DNA from: a virus | Lineage: Duplodnaviria; Caudoviricetes | Reading direction: 5' to 3' (one strand) | Virus record (IMG/VR): IMGVR_UViG_3300049731_000218 | Location: 1 to 36,756 of that record | DNA length: 36,756 nt | Notes under the pieces: model-generated | Seen by the model: the letters and a program-made list of their open reading frames with translations, nothing else | What the model was told of the DNA's origin: nothing | Database searches by the model: none | In this document: positions 1 through 7,954 of the stretch, piece by piece | How positions within the stretch are numbered: the first letter of the stretch is position 1 | Layout of the letters: each line of letters begins with the position of its first letter | Program-made: the position numbers and the translations under genes

Positions 1-127
1 GCGAGTGTTTCTTCGGTCGCGGTGGTGCCGGGGTGCGCGGGCCCTTGAGGTTGTCGAACCGCTCCTCGATGCGCATGAGACACGCCCCACCCTCGCCATC
101 ACCGAACCGCCAGAGCGGCTCAACCGT
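1..127 (+). repeat. Terminal direct repeat, copy 1 (assembly overlap)
   Basis: Identical to 36630-36756 (GCGAGTGTTT...CTCAACCGT). Confidence 0.95.
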
Positions 128-268
128 ATCCATCAACTCCTCGAGTGCATCCTCGAAGGCCTGCCAGTCGGCGCGCTCACGCTCGATGTCGCGCCGCATC
201 TGCTCCTCCTGGGCGCGAGCGGACGCGATCTGCCATTCGTCGTAGCTGAGGTCGCGCGGGGTGCCCAC
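1..268 (-). CDS. N-terminal part of the junction-spanning HNH endonuclease (continues to the stop at 36394)
   Basis: From GTG at 268 (or in-frame GTG at 295) the - strand reads GTPRDLSYDEWQIASARAQEEQMRRDIERERADWQAF...CLMRIEERFDNLKG, which runs in frame into ORF 36394..36705. Confidence 0.75.
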   Translation of the reverse strand, partial: MGTPRDLSYDEWQIASARAQEEQMRRDIERERADWQAFEDALEELMDTVEPLWRFGDGEGGACLMRIEERFDNLKGPRTPAPPRPKKHS

Positions 269-297
269 CGGTCTCGAAGGTACGGAGGTGTTCACCG

Positions 298-939
298 ATG
301 AGCAAGGGCCTCGGGCGTCCATCGTCGGGGATGGGGCGGTTCATGCTCGACTGCGGCTGGTGGCGCCATCCGCATTTCCGTGGGCTGTCCGCGGAGGCGT
401 TGCACGTGTGGCAGGCCGGCGTGTCGTTCTGCATGGACGCAGCGACCGACGGGATGCTCGGCGTCGCTGACGTCGAGGAGCTCGCCGCCGCGCTTGGTGT
501 GAAGGCGTCGTGGGTGCGCAAGGCGACCAAGGAGCTGACTGCTCGCGGGTTGTGGCGTGAGGTCCAGGGGCCGTACGGGACTGAGCTGGAAACGGTGGGC
601 TACGCGGACCACAACCCGACCAAGACCGAGATCGACGCCTACACCGAGGAACGGTCCGAGCTGGGCAGGAAGGGCAACCACGTCCGCTGGCACGTGAACG
701 AGGACCGGGTCGACCCCCGATGCCCGTACTGCACCGGCGAGCTCGACTGTGACACTCCCAACACCGATCGCTCTAGCGATGGCTCGACCGATCCCCCGAC
801 GATCGCTAACGCATCGCATGGGATGGGATGGGATGGAATCCCCCCTAACCCCCCATCGCCAACTGATCGCTCGCGCATCGACCCGACGGTGGTCGACACG
901 GGCATGGCGAACATCGCACACCTCCGAGGAGCGTCGTGA
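298..939 (+). CDS. Phage replication initiator-like (RepA/O-like) protein
   Basis: GGAGGTG SD. N-terminal wHTH-like region (LDCGWWRHPHFRGLSAEALHVW...TDGML...ELTARGLW), then YADHNPT...RSELGRKGNHVRWH and a low-complexity GMGWDG tail with internal DNA repeats. Confidence 0.6.
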   Translation: MSKGLGRPSSGMGRFMLDCGWWRHPHFRGLSAEALHVWQAGVSFCMDAATDGMLGVADVEELAAALGVKASWVRKATKELTARGLWREVQGPYGTELETVGYADHNPTKTEIDAYTEERSELGRKGNHVRWHVNEDRVDPRCPYCTGELDCDTPNTDRSSDGSTDPPTIANASHGMGWDGIPPNPPSPTDRSRIDPTVVDTGMANIAHLRGAS

Positions 940-1139
940 TCGAGCTCGGCTCCCGTGTCGAAGCGGCCATGCGCCGCGAGAACCGTGGCACCACCGCGCA
1001 ACGCGTGGAAGCGATCTGCTCTCGATCGACGTCGTGGTGGCGGATGGACTGGCGGGTCGTGTACGAGGACGAGGTACCAGTGCGCATGGAATGGGCCAGC
1101 CGGCCACCGCGTCAGCTTGACGAGGCGGTCGAGGCGTGA
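936..1139 (+). CDS. Hypothetical protein
   Basis: GTGA overlaps on both sides; GAGGAG SD. Confidence 0.6.
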   Translation: MIELGSRVEAAMRRENRGTTAQRVEAICSRSTSWWRMDWRVVYEDEVPVRMEWASRPPRQLDEAVEA

Positions 1140-1378
1140 CGCTCGAGCTGTTGTGCCCACACGACAACGCTCCGCTCGACGAGCTGGGTTCGTGCACGCG
1201 CTGCGACTACCAACGCCCGCTGCTGTCGGCGCACGTGAAGAGCGTCGGTCGCGACCGGATCGCCGAGCAGCGCGAGCTGTTGCGGTCGATCCAGGAACCC
1301 CGGCATCGGATGCCGGCTGGGCCCGATACGCACGAGGTCGTGACCGCGGATCCGTCATTGATCGAGGAGGAGCAGTGA
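1136..1378 (+). CDS. Small Zn-ribbon-like hypothetical protein
   Basis: CPHD...CTRC motif; coupled by GTGA overlaps. Confidence 0.6.
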   Translation: MTLELLCPHDNAPLDELGSCTRCDYQRPLLSAHVKSVGRDRIAEQRELLRSIQEPRHRMPAGPDTHEVVTADPSLIEEEQ

Positions 1379-2001
1379 CCCACTACCCCGACGAGACACG
1401 CCTCCGAGAGTGGGGCGAGAAGCTCGCCGCAACGGATTGGCGTGCGCTCACCGACGCGGTCATCGCCTACGCCCACCGCGACGACCAGGTCGACACACCC
1501 GACGGGTTCCCCCGGTCGACACTCGGCGACGGCTCCCGCGGTAGGGGCGGCTCATCGACCGAGGCCGGCGCGATCGCTCTGCTCGACGAACGAGCAGACG
1601 AGTTCCACGACCACGTTCAGAACCTCGTCGTCTACTTCATGGACGCCGCGCAGGCTCGGAACAACGCCATCTCCCGCCGCCGCAAGCTCGACACCATGTC
1701 GATGCTGCAACGCCCGCCAGGGCACACCGCGTCACCATGCGCCGAACCTCACTGCGACGATCTTGCTGACGGTGGGAGGGACGGCCGATGCGAAGCCTGC
1801 TACCGGTGGCGTGTCCGTTGGGCCGACAAACGAGGGCGCTCCAAGACCGAAGCACCGATTGTTCCGCGCTCGGTGATCGACGAACGCAGACGAGCTCGAG
1901 AGAACCGCAAGGTCCACGTCAACGGACCACTCGCACAGCACCACGGAGATGGAGCTGACATCGTCGAACGGTTGAACCCCGGCCATGTCACCGGCACGTA
2001 A
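1375..2001 (+). CDS. Hypothetical protein with C-terminal Cys cluster; possible late transcription regulator
   Basis: GTG at 1375 after GAGGAGGAG. Contains CAEPHC...RCEACYRW and a basic tail. Last gene before the packaging module. Confidence 0.6.
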   Translation: MTHYPDETRLREWGEKLAATDWRALTDAVIAYAHRDDQVDTPDGFPRSTLGDGSRGRGGSSTEAGAIALLDERADEFHDHVQNLVVYFMDAAQARNNAISRRRKLDTMSMLQRPPGHTASPCAEPHCDDLADGGRDGRCEACYRWRVRWADKRGRSKTEAPIVPRSVIDERRRARENRKVHVNGPLAQHHGDGADIVERLNPGHVTGT

Positions 2002-2012
2002 CCGCAGGGTGC

Positions 2013-2041
2013 TTGACCGCATGTCACAGACGAACTACAAC
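2013..2041 (+). promoter_or_regulatory. Candidate late promoter
   Basis: TTGACC-17 bp-TACAAC in the intergenic gap upstream of the HNH/terminase operon. Confidence 0.4.
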
Positions 2042-2088
2042 GGTGTCATTCTTGCGAGCGGTGCGCCACCGCACACCGCACAACGCTG

Positions 2089-2376
2089 ATGGCCTGGGAA
2101 GGCAGCACCCGCGCCAAGCGACTCCCACCCGACTGGGCGAAGACACGCCGCCGCATCCTCCAACGTGACGCCTACCGCTGCCACGTCTGCGAACAACCTG
2201 GAGCGGACGAGGTCGATCACCTCCGACCAGGCGACGACCACAGCGACGCCAACCTCTCTGCCATCTGTCGCTCATGCCATCGCACCAAGTCGAGCCTCGA
2301 GGGAGTCCGAGCCCGACGCAGCGGCAAGCGCAAGCCCGAGCGGCACCCAGGCTACAAGACGACCCCTGGGGGATGA
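2089..2376 (+). CDS. Packaging-associated HNH endonuclease
   Basis: RDAYRCHVC...EVDH...DDHSDANLSAICRSCHRTKS; lies immediately upstream of the small terminase. Confidence 0.9.
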   Translation: MAWEGSTRAKRLPPDWAKTRRRILQRDAYRCHVCEQPGADEVDHLRPGDDHSDANLSAICRSCHRTKSSLEGVRARRSGKRKPERHPGYKTTPGG

Positions 2377-2401
2377 CCCCCTTCGCCCAACACACGACGA
2401 C

Positions 2402-2411
2402 CGGTCGGCAT
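2402..2411 (+). other. Candidate cos (3' overhang) site CGGTCGGCAT
   Basis: Lies between HNH and terS, and resembles mycobacteriophage 10-nt 3' overhangs such as CGGTCGGTTA. Inference only. Confidence 0.45.
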
Positions 2412-2460
2412 AGCGCCTGCCAGTCGCTACGGGTACCAAGCCGATGGCCGGAGGTGAACC

Positions 2461-2886
2461 GTGTCGAGGAAGGGCCCGCCACCGAAGCGGGACTCGCAGC
2501 GCAGGCGCCAGAACAAGCCCGACACGCCGGTCGAGACGGCGACCTCGGATGGTGGTGTGCGCGGACCGAAGCTGGTGGGCAACCACTCAGCGCCGGCGAA
2601 GCGTTGGTACGAGGCGCTCCAGCGGTCGGGGCAGGCTCAGTTCTTCGAGCCGTCCGACTGGGCCGCGGCCGAGCTCGTCGTGCTCGCGATCGACAAGTTC
2701 GTGAAGTCGGGCTCGGCGATGATGCTCGGCGCGATCGAGAAGATGAGCGCCAACCTCCTCGTGACCGAGGGCGACCGCCGCCGTCTGCGGCTTGAGCTGG
2801 AGCGGCCCGCCCCGGCGCAGGGTCAGGAAGGCGCGGATGTTGCCTGGATCGATGACGCTCGCAACCGCCTCCGAGGCGCCCAGTAG
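2461..2886 (+). CDS. terS: Terminase small subunit
   Basis: GPPPKR...WYEALQRSGQAQFFEPSDW...LLVTEGDRRRLRLELE, typical of actinophage TerS; GGAGGTG SD. Confidence 0.88.
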   Translation: MSRKGPPPKRDSQRRRQNKPDTPVETATSDGGVRGPKLVGNHSAPAKRWYEALQRSGQAQFFEPSDWAAAELVVLAIDKFVKSGSAMMLGAIEKMSANLLVTEGDRRRLRLELERPAPAQGQEGADVAWIDDARNRLRGAQ

Positions 2887-4531
2887 CCGTCTCGAAACCC
2901 TGCCGGCGTGGCCGTGGGATCCGTTCGATTCCAGCGCGCCACTGACGCTCGGGTGGGCCGCCGCCGAGTGGGCCGAGCTGCTGCTCATCCAGCCGAACGG
3001 GCCGTGGGCTGGCCGACGGTTCCGGTTCACGCGCGACCAGCTGCGGTTCCTGCTGTGGTGGTACGCCCTCGACTTCGACGGCCAGTGGCTCTTCCAGCAC
3101 GGTGTCCGCCGGCTCGCCAAGGGGTCGGGCAAATCGCCATTCGCCGCAGTGCTCGCGCTCATCGAGTTCTGCGGACCCGTCCGGCTCGCCTGCAAGGACG
3201 ACCGGCTTCCCGGCGGCGTCGGCGGCCGGCCTGTCGACATGCCACTCGTGCAGATCGCTGCCACGGCCGAGTCACAGACCGCCAACACGATGCGGATGGT
3301 CCGAGCGTTCGCGCCGAAGGGCTCCGCGGTCGTGCGCGACTACCACCTCGACCCGGGCAAGACCCGGTACTACAAGGTCCCCGAGGGCACACTCGAGGTC
3401 ATCACCTCATCGGTCACCGCCTCGGAAGGCGCCGAGTCCTCCTTCATCGTCGGCGACGAGACCGAGCACTGGAAGCCTTCCAACGCCGGGCCCGAGCTCG
3501 CCGCCACGCTCGAGGACAACCTCGCCAAGTCCGGGTCCCGAATGCTGGAGACCGCTAACGCGTGGGTCCCCGGCCAAGAATCGGTCGCTGAGGCGTCCTG
3601 GGACGCGTGGGTCGCCCAAGAGGAGGGCAGGCTGCAGGACGAGTCCGGCCGGGTGCTCTACGACGCCCGCCTCGCCCCACCCGACACCGATCTCACCGAC
3701 CGGGACTCGCTCGTCGCCGCGCTCGAGCACGTCTACGGCGACTGCGACTGGAAACGCGACAGCAAGGGTCGGCTCGAGGTCGCCCCGATCATCAAGCGCA
3801 TCTGGTCCCCCAAGTCGAAGCCGTCCGAATCGAAGCGGAAGTACCTCAACTGGCCGTCCGTCCACGAGCGGGCATGGATGGACCCCGCCGAGTGGGCGCG
3901 GCTCGCCGACTCCAGCCGGGACCTCGACCCCGGCGAGGAGGTCGTGCTGTTCTTCGATGGCTCGAAGAGCCGGGACGCTACCGCGCTCGTTGGGTGTTGC
4001 GTCTCCGACGGCTACGTGTTCACCATCGATGTCTGGGAACCCCACCCGGTCCACGACACCGAAGACGTCGTCGACGTTCACGACGTCGACCGTCAGATCC
4101 AGGCGACCTTCGACCGACTCAACGTTGTCGGGTTCTTCGCTGACGTGAAGGAGTGGGAGAGCTTCGTCAAGATCGACTGGCCGGCCCGCTTCGCCGACCG
4201 CCTCCGCGTCCTCGCCGTCCCCACCGGCAAGGACCCCCAGTCGATCGCGTGGGACATGCGCTCGCACACCTTCGACTTCACCCAAGCCGTCGAGCTCGTC
4301 GAAGCCGAGATCGCCGAACAGCAGTTCCGCCACGACGACCACCCCGTCCTCGCGCGGCACGTCGCGAACTGCCGGCTCGACCCGAACCGCTACGGGACCT
4401 CGGTGCGCAAGGAATCGCCCGACTCGCCGCTCAAGATCGACGCCGCCGTCTGCATGATCGGGGCGCGGATGGTGCGCCGGCGCTACCTCGCCGCGGCACC
4501 GTCCACCAAGCGAACCGGCGTCGTCGCCTGA
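2852..4531 (+). CDS. terL: Terminase large subunit
   Basis: Walker A-like RRLAKGSGKSPF, Walker B IVGDETEHW, nuclease FFDGSKSRDATAL and KIDAAV. Alternative start at 2837. Confidence 0.95.
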   Translation: MTLATASEAPSSRLETLPAWPWDPFDSSAPLTLGWAAAEWAELLLIQPNGPWAGRRFRFTRDQLRFLLWWYALDFDGQWLFQHGVRRLAKGSGKSPFAAVLALIEFCGPVRLACKDDRLPGGVGGRPVDMPLVQIAATAESQTANTMRMVRAFAPKGSAVVRDYHLDPGKTRYYKVPEGTLEVITSSVTASEGAESSFIVGDETEHWKPSNAGPELAATLEDNLAKSGSRMLETANAWVPGQESVAEASWDAWVAQEEGRLQDESGRVLYDARLAPPDTDLTDRDSLVAALEHVYGDCDWKRDSKGRLEVAPIIKRIWSPKSKPSESKRKYLNWPSVHERAWMDPAEWARLADSSRDLDPGEEVVLFFDGSKSRDATALVGCCVSDGYVFTIDVWEPHPVHDTEDVVDVHDVDRQIQATFDRLNVVGFFADVKEWESFVKIDWPARFADRLRVLAVPTGKDPQSIAWDMRSHTFDFTQAVELVEAEIAEQQFRHDDHPVLARHVANCRLDPNRYGTSVRKESPDSPLKIDAAVCMIGARMVRRRYLAAAPSTKRTGVVA

Positions 4532-4541
4532 GAGGAGCCCT

Positions 4542-5921
4542 GTGGCACTGACCCCAGACGAAGCCGTCGCGGTCGCCGCTGACGCGCTCCTCCCCGCATG
4601 GATGCACGAGCGCGAGAAGCTCGACCGCATCGACCGGTGGGCGCGGTGGGACCACGAGGACCCACACCGCCCCAAGCAGGCAACCGCCGAGTACCGCGAG
4701 CTGTCCGCGCGAGCGCAGGCCCCGTGGGGTGCCCTGATCGTGTCCTCGGTCGCCCAGACCCTCTACATCGAGGGCTACCGACGCCCCGACGCACCCGACG
4801 ACGCGACCGCCTGGAACATCTGGCAAGCGAACGGGATGGACTCCCGACAGATCGCCATGAACCGGGCGACGCTCACCTACGGCGTCTCCTACGGCACCAG
4901 CCTTCCCGGCCGAGTCGCGTTGACCGGCGCGTTGATGCCGGTGATGCGCGGGGTGTCACCCCGCAACATGATCGCCCTCTACGCCGACCCCGCCGGCGAC
5001 GAGTGGCCCGAGGTCGCGCTCAGCATCCGCAAGGTGCGCGGGGTGTTCCGCATCGAGGTGTGGGACGACGAGAAGGTCCACCACCTGCGCGTCAGCAACC
5101 CCACGTCGAAGCCGACCTGGGACAGTGAGGAAGTCCACAACTCCGGCGTCACCCCAGTCGTCCGGTACGTCAACCGCTTCGACCTCGAAGGCCGCTCAGC
5201 GGGTGAGGTCGAGCCATTCATCCCGCTCCTCGGGCGGATCGACCAGACGGCCTTCGACCGGCTCGTCGTGCAACGGTTCGCCTCCTGGGTCGTGCGGACG
5301 ATCGCCGGCATGTCCGTCGTCGAATCCGCCAAGGCCACCGACTCGACCGTGGGCGAGGTGAAGATGCGCCTCCGCGTCGAGGACATGCTCACCGCCGAAG
5401 ATCCCGACACGAAGTTCGGGTCGCTCCCCGCCACCCCGCTCGACGGGTTCATCAAGGCCGAAGAACGCGACCTCACCGACCTCGCCGCCGTCTCCCAGAC
5501 CCCCGCGTTCGAGCTGCTCGGCCAGATGGCGAACATGAGCGCAGAGGCGCTCGCCGCCGCGAAGTCCTCCCAGACCGCCAAGTCCGAAGAGACCAAGCAC
5601 GTCCTCGGCGAAGCCTACGAACAGCACCTCCGACTTGCCGAACACCAAGCCGGCAACGCCGACGGCGCCGCCGACTTCCGCGCCCAGGTCCGATGGGCCG
5701 ACACCTCCATCCGCTCGCTCTCCCAAGCTGTCGACGCGCTCGGCAAGCTCGCACAGATGCTCGGCTTCCCGGCCGACCTGCTCTGGTCCAAGGTGCCCGG
5801 CATCACCCAGACCGACGTCGACGAAGCCAAGGCGAAGATCGAAGAGGGTGGCGGGCTCGAGCAACTCGTTCGCCAGCTCGCTTCGGCCGGGCAGTCACAG
5901 CCCCTTGGCGTCGTCGGCTGA
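4542..5921 (+). CDS. Portal protein (SPP1 gp6-like)
   Basis: 459 aa following terL; WQANGMDSRQ, GVTPVVRY, GEVEPFIPLLGRIDQT, NMSAEAL motifs. Confidence 0.92.
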   Translation: MALTPDEAVAVAADALLPAWMHEREKLDRIDRWARWDHEDPHRPKQATAEYRELSARAQAPWGALIVSSVAQTLYIEGYRRPDAPDDATAWNIWQANGMDSRQIAMNRATLTYGVSYGTSLPGRVALTGALMPVMRGVSPRNMIALYADPAGDEWPEVALSIRKVRGVFRIEVWDDEKVHHLRVSNPTSKPTWDSEEVHNSGVTPVVRYVNRFDLEGRSAGEVEPFIPLLGRIDQTAFDRLVVQRFASWVVRTIAGMSVVESAKATDSTVGEVKMRLRVEDMLTAEDPDTKFGSLPATPLDGFIKAEERDLTDLAAVSQTPAFELLGQMANMSAEALAAAKSSQTAKSEETKHVLGEAYEQHLRLAEHQAGNADGAADFRAQVRWADTSIRSLSQAVDALGKLAQMLGFPADLLWSKVPGITQTDVDEAKAKIEEGGGLEQLVRQLASAGQSQPLGVVG

Positions 5922-7317
5922 GGGCCGAGCGCTCACCGAGGCGCACCGACTCGCCCAGAACCGCGTCGGACGCCTCGTCGTCCGCCAGATGTTCGCCTCA
6001 TGGCGCATCCTCGACCCAACCAACATCGACGCCGGGCTCGACGCGTGGCTCACCTCAGCCCTCAGCGCCATCCAAGAGTACCGTCTCGCGTCGGCCCGGC
6101 TCGCTGGCAGCTACGTCACGGCATTCAGCGCAGCGGAAGGCGGCGCGGCGTTCTCCCCGAGAGTCGCTGGGTTCGTCAACCCCGAGCAGGTCATCACCTC
6201 GCTAACCATCACCGGCCCCGTCCGATTCAAGGCTGGGGTCGCGGCCGGCAAGACAACCGCCCGAGCGATGCGCGATGCCCGGACGAGCTCGGCCGCGGCA
6301 GCGATGCGACACGCAATGGACGGCGGGCGTGAGACCGTCCTCAACGGCGTCGAGGGGGACCCCAACGCGATCGGCTGGGCCCGAGCCGCGAGCGGTGGCG
6401 CGTGCGCGTTCTGCGCGCTGCTTGCCAGCCGCGGCCCCGTTTACAGCGAGGACACCGGCCGCTTCCGATCACACGACGGCTGCAACTGCTCGCTCGAACC
6501 CGTCTACGAGCGACTCGGCCGAGACGCATGGCCCCCAGGCTCCGCCGAGTACCGCGAGCTCTACGACGAGACTGCGAAGGGCACGAAGGACCCTGCAGCG
6601 GCGTTCCGTTCCGCACTCGACGCGGAACGCTCGACGCCCACGCCCGTCTCGTTCAAGAACGTCGACGACGTCAACACGTGGGCCGCCGCTCGAGGCATCA
6701 AGGTCGACCCGTCGGTCACCGACAACGTCCCGCTCCCGCGCATCGAGGACATGGCACGCGCCCGCGACCGGCTCGCCGCCAAGTACGGCGCCGAGCAGGT
6801 CAAGCTCGAGGCCATCACCTACAAACCGGCCGGGATGGGTGAGGTAGCGATGATCCACTTCGGCCGCGTCCTCGGCGACCTCGCCAAACCGACAAGCGCA
6901 GCACGCGCACAGTTCACCGGGAAGATGTCCGTCGAGGGCCCAGGCGCGGCCCGCGTGGTCGCTGGGACCTACGAGGAAGCGTGGGTCCACGAGTTCGGCC
7001 ATGTCACGACCGCCAACACCCCGTGGATGGCCCAGTACGCCGGCAAGGGGTTGAAGTTCACCCCTACCGGCAAGTCGATGATCCGCGAAGCGATGATCGA
7101 GTCCGGATACGCGAAGCGCAACCGGCAGCTCGTGCGCGACCTGGTGCAAGGCGACGTCTCCCAGTACGCCGGCACCAACGACCAAGAGTTCTTCGCTGAA
7201 GTCTTCACTCTCTTCAATCGGGAGGCCGGAATCGCCGGTCTCCCGAAAGAGACCCAGGACCGACTCCAAGCATTCCAGGCCGCCATCAACCGGCGGGCTG
7301 GTCGGACCGTCCTATAG
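5905..7317 (+). CDS. MuF-like minor head protein with C-terminal zinc metallopeptidase domain
   Basis: Lies between portal and scaffold; TTG start at 5905. Has GWARAASGGACAFCALLASRG...HDGCNC, then HEFGH and SQYAGTNDQEFFAE. Confidence 0.8.
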   Translation: MASSAEGRALTEAHRLAQNRVGRLVVRQMFASWRILDPTNIDAGLDAWLTSALSAIQEYRLASARLAGSYVTAFSAAEGGAAFSPRVAGFVNPEQVITSLTITGPVRFKAGVAAGKTTARAMRDARTSSAAAAMRHAMDGGRETVLNGVEGDPNAIGWARAASGGACAFCALLASRGPVYSEDTGRFRSHDGCNCSLEPVYERLGRDAWPPGSAEYRELYDETAKGTKDPAAAFRSALDAERSTPTPVSFKNVDDVNTWAAARGIKVDPSVTDNVPLPRIEDMARARDRLAAKYGAEQVKLEAITYKPAGMGEVAMIHFGRVLGDLAKPTSAARAQFTGKMSVEGPGAARVVAGTYEEAWVHEFGHVTTANTPWMAQYAGKGLKFTPTGKSMIREAMIESGYAKRNRQLVRDLVQGDVSQYAGTNDQEFFAEVFTLFNREAGIAGLPKETQDRLQAFQAAINRRAGRTVL

Positions 7318-7324
7318 CCGATCG

Positions 7325-7410
7325 CCCGGCGTGACGCCGGGACGACACCCCCAGGGCGTGACGCCCGACCCGGCCGTGATGGCCGGCGCACGAAGGAGGG
7401 CGTGATGCCC
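7325..7410 (+). repeat. Four tandem hairpins with GTGAY loops upstream of and over the scaffold start
   Basis: CCCGGC-GTGAC-GCCGGG (7325-7341), GGGC-GTGAC-GCCC (7354-7366), CCGGCC-GTGAT-GGCCGG (7370-7386), GGGC-GTGAT-GCCC (7398-7410). Confidence 0.8.
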
Positions 7411-7899
7411 GACGACCCCAAGCCAGACCCCGAAGACAACGACGACGACCCCAAGCCCGATCCTGATGCGGGAGCCAAGAAGGCCCTCGATGAGGAGCGC
7501 AAAGCCCGGCGTGATGCCGAGAAGCGGCTCAAGGAGCTCGAGGGCAAGGTCAAGGAGTTCGAGGACCGCGACAAATCGGAGGGCGAGAAGCTCACCGACA
7601 AGATCGCCGCGGCCGAGAAGCGAGCAGCCGACGCCGAAGCGCGCGCGCTGCGGTCCGAAGTCGCGATGTCGAAGGGGCTCACCGCTGGGCAGGCGAAACG
7701 CCTCGCCCACGACGCAGTGACTCGCGAGGACCTCGAGGCCGACGCCGACGACATCCTCGAGAACTTCCCAGCCAAGGACGGCGCCAACCCGCCGCCCACC
7801 CGCAAACCCGCCGCCGACCTCAAGGGCGGCAGCGACCCCACGGAGGAAGCCGACATCGACGTCCGCAAGGTCGTCGAGTCCATCCCCCGCGGATTGTAA
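7402..7899 (+). CDS. Capsid scaffolding protein
   Basis: Acidic N-terminus, coiled coil (GAKKALDEERKARRDAEKRLKE...EFEDRDKSE), position before capsid. Start 7402 or 7405. Confidence 0.9.
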   Translation: MMPDDPKPDPEDNDDDPKPDPDAGAKKALDEERKARRDAEKRLKELEGKVKEFEDRDKSEGEKLTDKIAAAEKRAADAEARALRSEVAMSKGLTAGQAKRLAHDAVTREDLEADADDILENFPAKDGANPPPTRKPAADLKGGSDPTEEADIDVRKVVESIPRGL

Positions 7900-7954
7900 C
7901 CCGCGTTCGTCCGCCACGACGACGACGCGGTCCAACTCGACCTAGGAGGTCATC

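Noticed and set aside
1-127. 127-bp identical ends as biological terminal repeats or attL/attR
   Set aside because: The repeat falls in the middle of an HNH gene, and 127 is a common assembler k-mer length. It is best explained as circular contig overlap.
955-1374. Long N-terminal extensions in the ORF track (e.g. 955, 5635, 8913, 9101, 11264, 12557, 32055 starts)
   Set aside because: They overlap upstream genes. Downstream starts with SD sequences or stop/start coupling fit better and were used instead.
7325-7410. Hairpin repeats as a mini CRISPR array
   Set aside because: The repeats are 13-17 bp with variable stems and 3-12 bp gaps. There are no spacer-sized unique sequences and no cas genes.
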